Shown: positions 1 through 10,550, numbered from the stretch's first letter. The stretch: DNA of 64,000 nt from Candidatus Latescibacterota bacterium (GCA_965205975.1 OZ242195.1:5184001-5248000), one strand, 5' to 3'. Program-made: numbers and translations. Notes: generated from the letters alone by a model not told the origin.

Positions 1-2
1 TA

Positions 3-1331
3 CAGTTTTTTGTGCGGGATGATGAAGCAGAGATGAATTTTGAGACGTTGCCAGCCTCGACGGAGGATGGGGGGAGTTATTTGTTCGATCTGGATGGCCG
101 GGTGTACGCGTGTAGCTACCATCAGGATCGGACTGCGAGAGCGTGGGACAATGTAGCAGGTGCCTGGCGGGTGGATGAGAGTTTTGGCGTGGGTGAGATG
201 GTGAGTGGCGAGGGCAAGATGCGGGTTGGGGGGAAGGTGCTTCAGTTTAAGGGGGGTGAGGCGTGGTGTGATGGGGAGCGGGTTCTCTCCAAACCGGTGT
301 CGGGATATTATCATCATTTTTATTACGCGCTGGGGTATTTGACGTTTTTCTATAAGAACGAGGAGGTGGGACAGCCGTACACGAGATTGTACGCGGTGCC
401 CTATGTGCCGGGAGATGGGGCGGTTGATCTGGAGAAGGCAGTGGTGCTCGATCTGAAGTATGATCGGGAGACGCCGTTTGCCATTGGGCAACTGGGGAAT
501 GAGATTGTAAATTCGTCCAATATGGGCGGGATATATGCGTTTGACGGGTCGAGGTGGAAGGTGTTGCGCGCATCATTGGAGGGGGTGAGTTTTCAGCTTT
601 ATTCGATGCTGAACTGGTATGATAAGCTGTTGATGGCGCAGTATCCAACGGGCAATTTGTTTATTTACGATGGGGCGGAGGTTCGCCATATAGAGGATTG
701 GCCGCCTGTGATGCCGGGTGTGTCGGATAGGGTGCGAGAGGCGCAAACAACGGGGTTTTACGGCGGGGATCTCTATGTGGGCGTTTGGCCGTGGTCCGAG
801 TTGTGGCGGTACGATGCGTACAGGGATCACTGGCAGTTTGTGAAGCGGATGTTCCGACGTCCGTCAATTACGGATGAGATGAATCACCCGTGGGAAGATC
901 GGGTTGTGGCGTATAATGAAGATCACGATGGCGATATCGTGATCAATGAGTGGGGGCAGCGCGTGACGGGGTTGGCTCCGATGGGGGACGCGCTCTATCT
1001 TTCCGTGAGTGCCAAGGGGTGCCCCGAGCGCGATATGCGGCTTGCGTTTTTGCACGATGACGAGGTGTGGAATGAGTACCGCGTGGTGCATCGGTTGAAA
1101 AAGCCGGGTCATGTTTCTGTTCCGGTTGCGTGGCGCGAAGAGCCGACGACGCTGTTGTTCACAGTTGGCGAGGCGGAGATCAGTATCAGGCAGGATGGGA
1201 AACTTCTGGGGACGGCACCCGTGCGACGGGAACAGGCGGAGCGGGTGGTGAGGGATGCTGAGGTTCAGTGGGAATACGGGATGTATGGACCGCTGCGAGC
1301 GGGGTTGCTGTCAAAGAGGGTGGAACGGTAG
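3..1331 (+). CDS. Hypothetical beta-propeller-like protein (5' partial)
   Basis: Frame is open to the window edge; repeated Gly/aromatic beta-strand motifs (GGIYAFDG, GNLFIYDG, GDLYVG). Confidence 0.6.
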   Translation, partial: QFFVRDDEAEMNFETLPASTEDGGSYLFDLDGRVYACSYHQDRTARAWDNVAGAWRVDESFGVGEMVSGEGKMRVGGKVLQFKGGEAWCDGERVLSKPVSGYYHHFYYALGYLTFFYKNEEVGQPYTRLYAVPYVPGDGAVDLEKAVVLDLKYDRETPFAIGQLGNEIVNSSNMGGIYAFDGSRWKVLRASLEGVSFQLYSMLNWYDKLLMAQYPTGNLFIYDGAEVRHIEDWPPVMPGVSDRVREAQTTGFYGGDLYVGVWPWSELWRYDAYRDHWQFVKRMFRRPSITDEMNHPWEDRVVAYNEDHDGDIVINEWGQRVTGLAPMGDALYLSVSAKGCPERDMRLAFLHDDEVWNEYRVVHRLKKPGHVSVPVAWREEPTTLLFTVGEAEISIRQDGKLLGTAPVRREQAERVVRDAEVQWEYGMYGPLRAGLLSKRVER

Positions 1332-1381
1332 TTCGTGCAGGGACGGCCATTTGCACACATATTCTAATTCTGGAGGGACTC

Positions 1382-2431
1382 ATGGCTGTTACACGGGAGG
1401 ATTTGCAGGCTGCTATCGATCGGTTTCCGCGTACGGAATTGGCGGATTTGCCGACGCGGTTGGACGATTGTCCGCGGTTTTCAGAGGCGCTGGGTGGGAA
1501 GGTTCGGGTGATGGTGAAGCGGGATGATTTGACAGGGCTGGCTTTTGGCGGGAATAAGACGCGAAAGTTTGATCTGGCGCTGGGAGATGCGGTGGCGCAA
1601 GGGGCTACGGCGTTGATCACGGGCGCGGCGTCACAGTCGAATCACGCGCGGCAGGCGGCGGCAGCGGCTGCCAGGCTGGGGATGAAGTGCGTGCTGGTGA
1701 ATCGGCACGATCACCGCAGCCAGATGGGTATTCAGGGCAATCAGTTGCTGGATAATATTCTGGGGGCGGATGTGCGGCTGGTGGTGGATGGCGTGAATCA
1801 GAATGAGGTGAAGGAACGGGTTGCGGAGGACCTGACGGCGCAGGGAGAGAAGCCCTATCTGATCGGGCAGCGCGCGGTGGTGCTGGGTACGGTGGCTTAT
1901 GTGGGCTGTGTGCTGGAGGTTGTGGCGCAGCTTGAAGCGATGGATGCACGGGCGGATTTTGTCTGTACTGCATCCGGGCACGGGACACATGCGGGGCTGG
2001 CTTTGGGGGTGAAAGCGCTGGGGTTGCCGATTCAGACGCAGGGGTTTTCGCCGAGCAAGGGGGATGAGGCGCAGCGGAGGGCGAGGCTGGCGGAGGTGGG
2101 CAACGAGGCGGCAGAGCTTTTGGGGCTGGATGTTCGATTGTGGGCAGAGGAGTTGGAGAATACAGATGCGTACGTGGGTGAGAATTATGGGATTGTGACG
2201 GAGGCGGGATTAAATGCACTGCATTTGCTGGCGCGGACAGAGGGGATTTTGCTCGATCCAGTATATACGAGTAAGGCGATGTCGGGGGTGATTGACCGGA
2301 TTCAGACGGGGGAGATTCCAGAGGGATCTACAGTGGTGTACGTTCATACGGGTGGGAATCCAGCACTGTTCGCGTATGCGCCAGAGTTGATTTCACATGG
2401 AGATTATCGGCAAAATCTCGTGACGAGTTGA
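1382..2431 (+). CDS. D-cysteine desulfhydrase / ACC deaminase family PLP enzyme
   Basis: KRDDLTGLAFGGNKTRK, QSNHAR, EGILLDPVYTSKAM, HTGG motifs; ATG 1382 preceded by GGAGG. Confidence 0.9.
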   Translation: MAVTREDLQAAIDRFPRTELADLPTRLDDCPRFSEALGGKVRVMVKRDDLTGLAFGGNKTRKFDLALGDAVAQGATALITGAASQSNHARQAAAAAARLGMKCVLVNRHDHRSQMGIQGNQLLDNILGADVRLVVDGVNQNEVKERVAEDLTAQGEKPYLIGQRAVVLGTVAYVGCVLEVVAQLEAMDARADFVCTASGHGTHAGLALGVKALGLPIQTQGFSPSKGDEAQRRARLAEVGNEAAELLGLDVRLWAEELENTDAYVGENYGIVTEAGLNALHLLARTEGILLDPVYTSKAMSGVIDRIQTGEIPEGSTVVYVHTGGNPALFAYAPELISHGDYRQNLVTS

Positions 2432-2458
2432 GGGAGGCTCTGGGACTGGAGGCGAATT

Positions 2459-2782
2459 ATGAGCAAGAAAATTGAATTTGAAAAGAGTTCGGGCAATGTG
2501 TTCAGAGACCTGGACTTGCCAGATGCGGAAGAATTATTTGTCAAGGCAACGCTTGGATTTGAAGTGTTTCAGATTATAGAAGAGCAGAAGCTGACGCAGA
2601 CAGAGGCATCGGACATTTTAGGCGTGAAGCAACCTGAAATATCCCGGTTAAAGAATGGGAATTTTAATCATTACAGCGTTGCGCGATTAATGACATTCCT
2701 CAACCGGCTAAATCGCGATATTGAGATCCGCATTATTCCTTCAAAAGATAGAAAGGGACAACAGCGAGTCGTTGCTGTTTAG
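2459..2782 (+). CDS. XRE/HTH_37 transcriptional regulator, HigA-like antitoxin (orphan)
   Basis: SSGNVFRDL N-terminus and LTQTEASDILGVKQPEISRL helix-turn-helix; GGAGG RBS. Confidence 0.85.
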   Translation: MSKKIEFEKSSGNVFRDLDLPDAEELFVKATLGFEVFQIIEEQKLTQTEASDILGVKQPEISRLKNGNFNHYSVARLMTFLNRLNRDIEIRIIPSKDRKGQQRVVAV

Positions 2783-3100
2783 TCCCTGATTCGACACGGG
2801 CGTATCTTTTACTCTAAGCCTAATATCCATTCTAATATCAATAGCATTTATATAAGCCAGGAGGTCTCGAAAGTGGACATTCTGGATTTCTGACATTTCA
2901 AAGGCTAAAACCTGGTCTTCTGTCCATCCGAGAATGTTGGCGATATCTTCTTCTGTGCGCCCGGAATCAATCCGGAGAATCTGCAACTGTCTTAACATCT
3001 CAGAGCACCTTTTCCATTGCTCAAATTCGCGAGCAGCATCCTCTCCAACCGCCTCGTTCCATTCTTTTTGGAAAGTTTCATAATCAACCATTGATAGCAC
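2741..3100 (-). CDS. XRE-family helix-turn-helix protein
   Basis: LRIDSGRTEEDIANILGWTEDQVLAFE HTH pattern; GAGGGAG upstream. Confidence 0.65.
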   Translation of the reverse strand: MLSMVDYETFQKEWNEAVGEDAAREFEQWKRCSEMLRQLQILRIDSGRTEEDIANILGWTEDQVLAFEMSEIQNVHFRDLLAYINAIDIRMDIRLRVKDTPVSNQGLNSNDSLLSLSIF

Positions 3101-3136
3101 TCCCTCTAAGCACTTTTCTTCGATGTTCGCTTATGG

Positions 3137-3439
3137 TCATAGACCAAAAACCTTTTTTATGAATTGACGCCGTTCTTCTTGATATAGAGAAACACTGTCT
3201 TCGTATTTTTCAATGTCCTGGAGAATGTCACGTACAATTACAGCTAAATCGCTCAGTGCGTCTTCCCAGCTGTCATTGCTACCGCCGATAATATTGGGGC
3301 AGTCCTCAAAAAAGATTGCCCATGATCCGTCTGCAAATTCTTCAAAAACAGTAACGCACGTCTGACCGGGAAATGGTAAGTCAACGCTAATCGTTTTTGT
3401 TTTATCAAGCATTTTCCAATCCAAATTGGGCAATCTCAC
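3137..3439 (-). CDS. HicB-like antitoxin-fold protein
   Basis: DGSWAIFFEDCPNIIGGSNDSWEDALSDL resembles the HicB N-terminal fold. Confidence 0.55.
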   Translation of the reverse strand: MRLPNLDWKMLDKTKTISVDLPFPGQTCVTVFEEFADGSWAIFFEDCPNIIGGSNDSWEDALSDLAVIVRDILQDIEKYEDSVSLYQEERRQFIKKVFGL

Positions 3440-3474
3440 AAGGCCTGTAAATTTGTATTGGGTTTGTCTGTTTC

Positions 3475-4170
3475 TTATTGGTAGATACCATCGATAAGCG
3501 TCTTTCCAAATTCTGCGACAAACAAAAGAAAATCGCTAATACTTATTGTTCCATCAAAATCTAAATCGCCATGTTTCGCCCTGAAAAGAGAGTCTTGTAC
3601 CGCGGTAAAAATAGGAACTGTGCGGTTCGGGTCACTCCACACGCCCTTGTTTTGGGCCTTTGCTTCCTCTTGTGCTGATACGAACTCATTTCGCTTTTCG
3701 TATTCGTGTTCAACGTCTGCTACGCCATATCCCAGCCTTACCAATTCAAGGTTAAACAAAACGCCGTCCAAATACACGTAAACGAGCAACCTGTCGAAAG
3801 CGTCTTTTTGCTGGTGGTCAAAAGATAATGTTACTTTTTTTTCGTACAGTCTTTGTCGTGTGTATTCTTTCGCTTCAGGACCGTAAAAACCAACGGGTTC
3901 GAATGGGTGATTTGTCTCTGGCGTATCTACTCCTAACAAGCGCACGGTCACTGTGTATTCTAAATGCGTAACGTCTATTGTATCGCCGTCTTTCACGTCG
4001 GTTACTGTAAAATACACGTCGTCAAGGTCAACGCATCCAGAAGGCGCATGGCAATGGTAGGTGTTATTCGATGTGTCAAAATGACCGCCCTGTGAATCTT
4101 GCCCGCCTCCGTGGGCAATCGCTAATGAAGAAAAACAAAATAAGCTGCCAAATATCAAAACCTTTTTCAT
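3475..4170 (-). CDS. Secreted thermonuclease (SNase) with N-terminal YHYH motif and C-terminal dockerin/EF-hand-like tag
   Basis: Signal peptide; HGGGQDSQGGH..YHCH; DGDT, VRLLGVDTPE, D.FDRLLVYVY; DLDFDGTISISDFLLFVAEFG. Confidence 0.85.
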   Translation of the reverse strand: MKKVLIFGSLFCFSSLAIAHGGGQDSQGGHFDTSNNTYHCHAPSGCVDLDDVYFTVTDVKDGDTIDVTHLEYTVTVRLLGVDTPETNHPFEPVGFYGPEAKEYTRQRLYEKKVTLSFDHQQKDAFDRLLVYVYLDGVLFNLELVRLGYGVADVEHEYEKRNEFVSAQEEAKAQNKGVWSDPNRTVPIFTAVQDSLFRAKHGDLDFDGTISISDFLLFVAEFGKTLIDGIYQ

Positions 4171-4200
4171 GTTTCTACTCGCCTTTGAAAAATAGCAATT

Positions 4201-5727
4201 CTAAGCGTTTATTTCGCCTTTTAACCTCAGGCCGCGGGATACAAACACGCGCTCGAACAACTCAAATAGTCCCTGTACAATGAGCGCGAGCAATGCCGCG
4301 GGTACGGCGCCTTGTAAAATTAGACCGATATCGTCTAATCGAATCCCAGTTAAAATGGGTTGCCCATATCCCCCGGCGCCAATTAATGCGCCCAGAGTCG
4401 CTGTGCCCACATTGATCACAGCCGACGTTTTAATGCCCGCCAGGATTGACCGCGAGGCCATGGGTAGGGTTACCAATCGGAGTTGTGCCCAGTCGGACAA
4501 CCCCAATGCTGTAGCTGATTCTCGTATCCCCACTGGAATATCGTGCAGTCCCGCGTATGTGTTTCGCACTATGGGCAGCAAACTGTACAAAAATAGCGCG
4601 ACAATCGCAGGTGCCCCGCCAATACCCAATAACGGAATCATAAATACCAGCAGCGCCAGGGAGGGAATGGTCTGGATAATGCCCACCAATCCCAAAATAA
4701 TCTGTCCACCTCTTGCCCATCGGAATGCCACAATTCCCAGGGGAATTGACACTACAATCGCCCCGAAAAGAGAAATTCCCACCAGGGTCAAATGATCCCA
4801 TGTGTGCCGCCAGAATCGAGCGCCAGCAGTTTCTTGTTTTATTTTTACCTGTACATTGAGGTTCTCAGCCAGAAAATCAGCCGCTACCTGAGCTTCTGGC
4901 TTTTTCTCCAATTTGACCTGTGCATTCAGGACCATCATTTTTTTTTCTGAGATCAGCCCTTCTAATTTTAAAATTTCTCTCACCACTTGAGGTGCTCGAT
5001 CTATCAAATCTACCCGATAGACAATGACGGCATTGTAAATGGGGAAATGCTGCAGGTCATCCACCAGCGACCGCAACCCGTAATACTGAATCTCGGCATC
5101 TGTTGAATACATATCCATTACGTCAATTGTACCGCTCTCCAACCCGCGATAGGCCAGGTCGTGGTCCAATCCATTCACATTCTGATGCGGGAGCACATAC
5201 CGGTTCTGCAAACTCGGCCACCCATCTCCTCTGTCCATAAACTCATTGCCAAATCCCAACTTCAAGTCTGGGTGCTTCTTTAAATCCGAAATCGTCCGAA
5301 TCCCCAGTGCTTCAGCCCTTGTTTCCACCATGCCCAGTACGTATGTGTTGTTGAATCCCAAAGGGCGACTCATCACAAGGCCCATCTCCGCCAGCCGGGC
5401 GCGAATATCCGCTTCATTACGCAAATTTTCCCCCGCCAAAATCTCCCGACTCAGGGTACCTGTGTAATCCGGATAAAGATCAATATCGCCCGCAATCAAT
5501 GCATTCCACAACACCCGCGTTCCTCCCAACTCGCGCCGATGCGTAACCGATGCGTTTACACTGCGGCCGATATGAGATAGTACTTCACCCAAAATGACCG
5601 ACTCAGTGAACTTCTTTGATCCCACGACAATCTCTTGTGCCTGGGTTGAGGTACAGAACAAAAAGCAAAATAGAATACACAGGGCGGTGAACTTGGCTGA
5701 CGTTGTGGTGTTGGGCGTGCGCGTCAT
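4201..5727 (-). CDS. Glycine betaine/osmoprotectant ABC transporter, fused substrate-binding protein and permease
   Basis: VGSKKFTES, YPDYTGT, GFNNTY (OpuAC-like) followed by QTIPSLALL and EAA-like loop. Confidence 0.9.
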   Translation of the reverse strand: MTRTPNTTTSAKFTALCILFCFLFCTSTQAQEIVVGSKKFTESVILGEVLSHIGRSVNASVTHRRELGGTRVLWNALIAGDIDLYPDYTGTLSREILAGENLRNEADIRARLAEMGLVMSRPLGFNNTYVLGMVETRAEALGIRTISDLKKHPDLKLGFGNEFMDRGDGWPSLQNRYVLPHQNVNGLDHDLAYRGLESGTIDVMDMYSTDAEIQYYGLRSLVDDLQHFPIYNAVIVYRVDLIDRAPQVVREILKLEGLISEKKMMVLNAQVKLEKKPEAQVAADFLAENLNVQVKIKQETAGARFWRHTWDHLTLVGISLFGAIVVSIPLGIVAFRWARGGQIILGLVGIIQTIPSLALLVFMIPLLGIGGAPAIVALFLYSLLPIVRNTYAGLHDIPVGIRESATALGLSDWAQLRLVTLPMASRSILAGIKTSAVINVGTATLGALIGAGGYGQPILTGIRLDDIGLILQGAVPAALLALIVQGLFELFERVFVSRGLRLKGEINA

Positions 5728-6482
5728 TTCGCTATCTCTCCAGGTGCCATACTTTCCAACGGACTTCTCTGCGCATGAATAAACTGCGTCACAAATTCAT
5801 GCGCCGGGTTCTGTATCAGATTTTTCAAGCTTCCAATCTGAACGATCTTCCCTTCCCGCATCAACACAATCTGATCCCCGAAAAATCCCGCTTCGCCCAT
5901 ATCGTGTGTCACCATTACGACTGTTTTGCCCAATGTCTGAAAGATCGAACGCAAATCCGATTGCAAATCCGCCCGAATCATCGGATCCAGGGCACCGAGC
6001 GGTTCGTCTAATAGCAATACGTCGGGGTCCAGCATCAATGCCCGCATCAACCCCACGCGCTGTTGCTGTCCACCTGACAATTCCCCTGGAAATCGGTCCA
6101 ATCCATCTGCTGGAAAATGCGTTAAAGTTGCCAATGTCTCGATCCGAGAGTCGATCCGATCCTCTGCCCAACCCAGATAATTTGCCATCAACGCTACATT
6201 TTTTCGCGCTGTTAAATGCGGAAATAAGCCCCCCTCTTGTATCACATAACCCATCTTCTGCCGCAGCGACAACACATTTGCTGGCGTCAGGTCTTGTCCT
6301 GCATAAGTCACCGTGCCCTCGTCGGGCCAGATTAGTCCCACCATCAATCGAATTAAGGTTGATTTGCCACATCCACTCGGCCCAATTAATACCGTCGTCT
6401 GTTTAGCCTGTACGCTCAGGTCAACTTTGTGCAGCGCCTGCAAATCGCCAAATGTTTTCGATACACCTGTCACCTCAAACAT
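5724..6482 (-). CDS. Osmoprotectant ABC transporter ATP-binding subunit
   Basis: GPSGCGKS, LSGGQQQR, LLLDEPLGALD; ATG 6482 with GGAG RBS. Confidence 0.9.
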   Translation of the reverse strand: MFEVTGVSKTFGDLQALHKVDLSVQAKQTTVLIGPSGCGKSTLIRLMVGLIWPDEGTVTYAGQDLTPANVLSLRQKMGYVIQEGGLFPHLTARKNVALMANYLGWAEDRIDSRIETLATLTHFPADGLDRFPGELSGGQQQRVGLMRALMLDPDVLLLDEPLGALDPMIRADLQSDLRSIFQTLGKTVVMVTHDMGEAGFFGDQIVLMREGKIVQIGSLKNLIQNPAHEFVTQFIHAQRSPLESMAPGEIAK

Positions 6483-6493
6483 AACGTCTCCGT

Positions 6494-7450
6494 TCACACG
6501 TGGTTTCTCAACATCAATTCCATGGGGTATGGATTTAAGTAGGTTTGCTCGTGTACCCAATCTGGTACGCGGTTGCGGTTGAGATGGTGTTTTAATAATG
6601 TGATTGGCACGATGAGAGGGAGCAGTCGCTGGCGATAGGATTCGAATACGTCGAGCAGTTCTTTTTTGTCCGCGGTGGTCAGTTCATTTTTTATAAATCC
6701 CATCAAGTGCATCAATACGTTTACGTGTTTGCCCGGTGTGCTCATTACTTTCAGGCCATCCATCAGCAATTTGCCGTATTGAAGCGCTATATCTTCGCGG
6801 GAAGATCCAGCCTGGGCGACCAGTTGGCCCAACTCGCTGTAGTGTTTTGGGCTGTGTGATAGAAGGCTCATTTTGATTCCGGTGTGAAATTTTACCAGGC
6901 TACCGGGTGCTGGATTATGGGTCAACATTTGCTGCCATCGGTAATACATAAATACGCGTTCGATAAAATTTTCCCGCAAGGGCAGATCATTTAGCCGACC
7001 TTCTTCTTCGATGGGCAATAAAGGGAACCGGGCTGTCAATGCTTTTGCAAATAGTCCGCGACCATTGCGCGAGGGTATCTGCGTTTTTGTGTTAAATATC
7101 CTTACGCGAAATAATCCACAACTCGGCGAGTCCTTTTTGAGTATATAACCGTGTAAGTTCAGGTCTGTCAGTTCGTTGAGCCGTTTTTCTGCCCATGTCT
7201 GCATGCCAGCGGTGTGATCTATGCCCGATTTTGGTGCAATGAGCCGCGGTGATTCCGCGTCGCCTTCGAGCCGGATGGTCTCGCGCGGAACGCCCATCCC
7301 CATTTCTACTTCTGGACATACTGGCACCCATTCGACGTAATTGCCCAATACGGTTGTCAAAAATGGCATGTGTTTGTGCCCGCCATTATACCGCACTTCT
7401 TCGCCGAGCAAACACGCACTGACGCCGAGCCTCAGTTTTGATGTTTGCAT
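6494..7450 (-). CDS. DUF523 (TudS thiouracil desulfidase-like) + DUF1722 fusion, YbgA family
   Basis: GVSACLLGEEVRYNGGH, VCPEVEMG, KDSPSCG, EEEGRL, YLNPYP; ATG 7450 with GAGGAG RBS. Confidence 0.9.
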   Translation of the reverse strand: MQTSKLRLGVSACLLGEEVRYNGGHKHMPFLTTVLGNYVEWVPVCPEVEMGMGVPRETIRLEGDAESPRLIAPKSGIDHTAGMQTWAEKRLNELTDLNLHGYILKKDSPSCGLFRVRIFNTKTQIPSRNGRGLFAKALTARFPLLPIEEEGRLNDLPLRENFIERVFMYYRWQQMLTHNPAPGSLVKFHTGIKMSLLSHSPKHYSELGQLVAQAGSSREDIALQYGKLLMDGLKVMSTPGKHVNVLMHLMGFIKNELTTADKKELLDVFESYRQRLLPLIVPITLLKHHLNRNRVPDWVHEQTYLNPYPMELMLRNHV

Positions 7451-7464
7451 TCTGGCCACTCTCC

Positions 7465-8493
7465 TCACACACCCACTGTGCTCGATGCGAGCCACAAATG
7501 GGGATGTGTTTCCAGAATCAGATCTGCCACCTTTTGTACCGCTTTTTTTACTCCCCAGGTGGGGCGCGGCTGACCCATTGGTGCCAGTTTGACCAATAGC
7601 TGATTGTTTTTGCGAAATAAGAGGGATATGCCGAAGTACTGGGCGAGTTCTCCTTCGCGTACCATGACTGAGATGAGGCCGTGATTGTCGGGCAATTGGC
7701 AGTAGATGTCTGTCATTTTGATCACGACCTGCATATTCCGATGGGTTTCGCGCCACACCTGATCTGTGGCATGTTCGATAAGTTTCAGTATTTCTTCGCG
7801 TTGGTATGCACCTTCTAATACGATATTTGGCATTTTCCCGACCTTTTGAATGTGCGTTTCGACTGATGGTTCCGATTTTTGACGCCAGACAAAATAGTGA
7901 ATGGGCACGCCCGTATCTATGGCTTTTTGTTCGTATTTGGTGGGGGTGCGTCCGGGTAATTGGTGAACAGATGGGGTGTTGTAAATGGATTGCAGGTGCG
8001 ATTGTCGCGATAGCACGTCGGTGATCCACGTTGCGTAATCTGCGTGGTCTGTCGCTATGGTTACTTCGCCGCCTGGCTTTAATCGCTCGGCCAGTATTTT
8101 TATAAACGCATCTTGAATGAGACGCCGATTGTGGTGTCGCTCTTTGGGCCATGGATCTGAAAAATTGATCCATATTTCCGATAGGGATTGCGGGGCAAAT
8201 ACGTGTTGTAATAAGAATGCGGCATCGCCCTCTATTGCGCGCACATGATTTAATTTCAGGGCGTTTAACCGCTTAAACAATCGGCGCATGGATCCCCAGG
8301 CGCGTTCGATTCCGACAAAATGTGCATCGGGACGCGACGCTGCCATATCGGATAGGAAATGGCCATTGCCAAATCCGATTTCGAGGATGAGGTCGCCTGG
8401 CCGATCAAAAATCTGTGGCCAATCTATCGGCCAATCCAGTTGCAGCCATGGGACTGTGTATTTTTGGATTTCCTCGCTCAGCGGTAGCGACAT
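7465..8493 (-). CDS. trmB: tRNA (guanine-N7)-methyltransferase with C-terminal extension
   Basis: LEIGFGNG, FSDPWPKERHHNRRL, ATDHADY, TKYEQK. Confidence 0.92.
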   Translation of the reverse strand: MSLPLSEEIQKYTVPWLQLDWPIDWPQIFDRPGDLILEIGFGNGHFLSDMAASRPDAHFVGIERAWGSMRRLFKRLNALKLNHVRAIEGDAAFLLQHVFAPQSLSEIWINFSDPWPKERHHNRRLIQDAFIKILAERLKPGGEVTIATDHADYATWITDVLSRQSHLQSIYNTPSVHQLPGRTPTKYEQKAIDTGVPIHYFVWRQKSEPSVETHIQKVGKMPNIVLEGAYQREEILKLIEHATDQVWRETHRNMQVVIKMTDIYCQLPDNHGLISVMVREGELAQYFGISLLFRKNNQLLVKLAPMGQPRPTWGVKKAVQKVADLILETHPHLWLASSTVGV

Positions 8494-8496
8494 GAT

Positions 8497-9327
8497 TTAC
8501 CTGCGGATTTCGGTAAAGCGTTTGACCTGAGCCGTCATTGCCACTTCCGTCGGCAGGCGTTCCATTGAACTGGCGCCGTAAAAGCCATCGACTTCGGGGA
8601 CCCGTTCGAGGATATAAGAGGCGTCTTCTGGTTCGGCAATTGGCCCGCCGTGGCAAAGCGTGATGACATCGTCCCGGATTGATTTGCAGGCATTGCAGAT
8701 TGCCTTTACTTCTTCCACACAGTCATCGAGTGTTTTTGCCGTGTGTGCGCCGATTGTGCCCTTGGTTGTCAATCCCATGTGCGCTACGACGATATCGGCG
8801 CCTGCTTCTGTCATGAGTTGTCCTTCTTGGACATTGAACGCATAGGGCGTTGTGAGCATGTCCATTTCATGGGCAGCCGCGATCATTTCTACTTCGAGGT
8901 GGTAGCCCATTCCGGTTTCTTCCAGATTGGCGCGAAATAATCCATCAATGAGTCCCACGGTTGGAAAATTTTGGATTCCCGCGAAGCCCAGGTCTCTCAA
9001 TTCCCGCAAGAAGTGATCCCGCAACATGAATGGATCTGTCCCGTTCACCCCGGCGAGTACGGGCGTGTGTGTTACGGCTGTGATGACTTCATAAGCCATT
9101 TCTTTTACGATCTCGTTGGCATTGCCATAGGCCAGGACGCCCGATAGCGACCCTCGCCCCGCCATGCGATAGCGTCCCGAATTGTAAATTACGATTAGAT
9201 CAATGCCGCCCGCTTCTTCGCATTTCGCCGAGATTCCCGTGCCCGCACCGCCACCGATGAGCGGCAGTCCATCTGCAATTTTTTTCCGCAAGCGTTCTAA
9301 TATTGATGTTCGGCTCTCTGCCGCCAT
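8497..9327 (-). CDS. Phosphoenolpyruvate hydrolase-like TIM-barrel signal transduction protein
   Basis: [61 protein letters not shown]. Confidence 0.9.
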   Translation of the reverse strand: MAAESRTSILERLRKKIADGLPLIGGGAGTGISAKCEEAGGIDLIVIYNSGRYRMAGRGSLSGVLAYGNANEIVKEMAYEVITAVTHTPVLAGVNGTDPFMLRDHFLRELRDLGFAGIQNFPTVGLIDGLFRANLEETGMGYHLEVEMIAAAHEMDMLTTPYAFNVQEGQLMTEAGADIVVAHMGLTTKGTIGAHTAKTLDDCVEEVKAICNACKSIRDDVITLCHGGPIAEPEDASYILERVPEVDGFYGASSMERLPTEVAMTAQVKRFTEIRR

Positions 9328-9344
9328 TGTTGTCTCCTTGTGGT

Positions 9345-10550
9345 TTACCGTATTTCCTGGAAACTCGCCACCAGTGCTGCTGCAAATTCCGGGTCGTTGA
9401 TATTGTTCGCCAGCCGTTTGATCTGGCGATTTTCCGTTTGTTCGATTTGTGCTTCCAGAGTTTCAAATAATGCCTTATCTGCATCTGGGTCGTGAAAGGG
9501 TTGTCCTTCGTCATCGATTAACGATACGCCGTTTTCCGGAATTAGTATTTGAATTGGCACTGTTGATCGGTTCAATTTGTTCGCTATCCATTCGGCAAAT
9601 TGGCGGTTTTCGTCCGCTGTCGTCCGCATCAATGTGACCTGTGCGTTGTGTACGTGAAGTGTGCGGTTTTTAAATTGTTCGGGGACGGTTTCCTCCGCGC
9701 CAAAATTTACCATGTCGAGCGCACCCAGGCTTACGACATAAGGTATTTCGCGTTCGAGAATGCGATCCATTCGCTCAGGTCCAGCGGGAAATACACCGCC
9801 CACGACTTCGTCGGCGACTTCGGTTGTGGTAATATCCAGAACGCCGTCGATCATCCCGCTTTCGACCAGTTTTTCCATTGCCTGTCCACCCGTCCCTGTG
9901 GCGTGAAATACCAGGCAGTCATATCCGTCTTTTTCCAGTGCTTCGCGGACCATGGTTACACACGGCGTTGTTACGCCAAACATGGTCATTCCAAGCGTGG
10001 GTTTGTCTTCGGCTTCAGTAACAGTATTTACGACCATCCCCGCTATTGCATGCGCTGCATTGCCCAGTACTTGCCGAGATACGCGATTGATTCCGGCTAC
10101 ATCTACTACGGAATACATCATGGCAATATCACAACACCCCACATAAGGCTCGGTGTTGCCACTGGCGACGGTGGATACCATGACTTTGGGTACGCCAATG
10201 GGCAATGCCTGCATTGCCGGCGTGATGAGTGCTGTGCCTCCGCTGCCTCCTATGCCAATAATACCTGCCACGTTGCCTTTGGCGTATTCTTGCAACAAAT
10301 AGGCGCATAATGCTTCTCCCATCGCTGTGACGGCTTCGCCCCGGTCCGTGTGTCCGATTACGGCGCCCGTTCCGCCCGCGTGATAGGCGGCTATGGTTTC
10401 TCGCGATACATCCGGCGCTCCCTGTGCGTCGCTCTGTGTGCCTACATCTATGACTGTTACTTCTGCGCCCGCGTTTCGGATGCATTCGGCGACATACCCG
10501 ATTTCTTCACCTTTGGTATCCATTGTCGCAATTGCGTAAATACGGCTCAT
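9345..10550 (-). CDS. Tm-1-like ATP-binding domain protein (UPF0261)
   Basis: [51 protein letters not shown]. Confidence 0.9.
   Translation of the reverse strand: MSRIYAIATMDTKGEEIGYVAECIRNAGAEVTVIDVGTQSDAQGAPDVSRETIAAYHAGGTGAVIGHTDRGEAVTAMGEALCAYLLQEYAKGNVAGIIGIGGSGGTALITPAMQALPIGVPKVMVSTVASGNTEPYVGCCDIAMMYSVVDVAGINRVSRQVLGNAAHAIAGMVVNTVTEAEDKPTLGMTMFGVTTPCVTMVREALEKDGYDCLVFHATGTGGQAMEKLVESGMIDGVLDITTTEVADEVVGGVFPAGPERMDRILEREIPYVVSLGALDMVNFGAEETVPEQFKNRTLHVHNAQVTLMRTTADENRQFAEWIANKLNRSTVPIQILIPENGVSLIDDEGQPFHDPDADKALFETLEAQIEQTENRQIKRLANNINDPEFAAALVASFQEIR

Noticed and set aside
2459..4170. Prophage or IS element
   Set aside because: No integrase, transposase, structural genes or terminal repeats are visible
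7451..8173. N-terminal 240 aa of the 559-aa ORF 6494..8173
   Set aside because: Overlaps trmB in another frame and has no recognisable motifs; a clear RBS and family start lie at 7450
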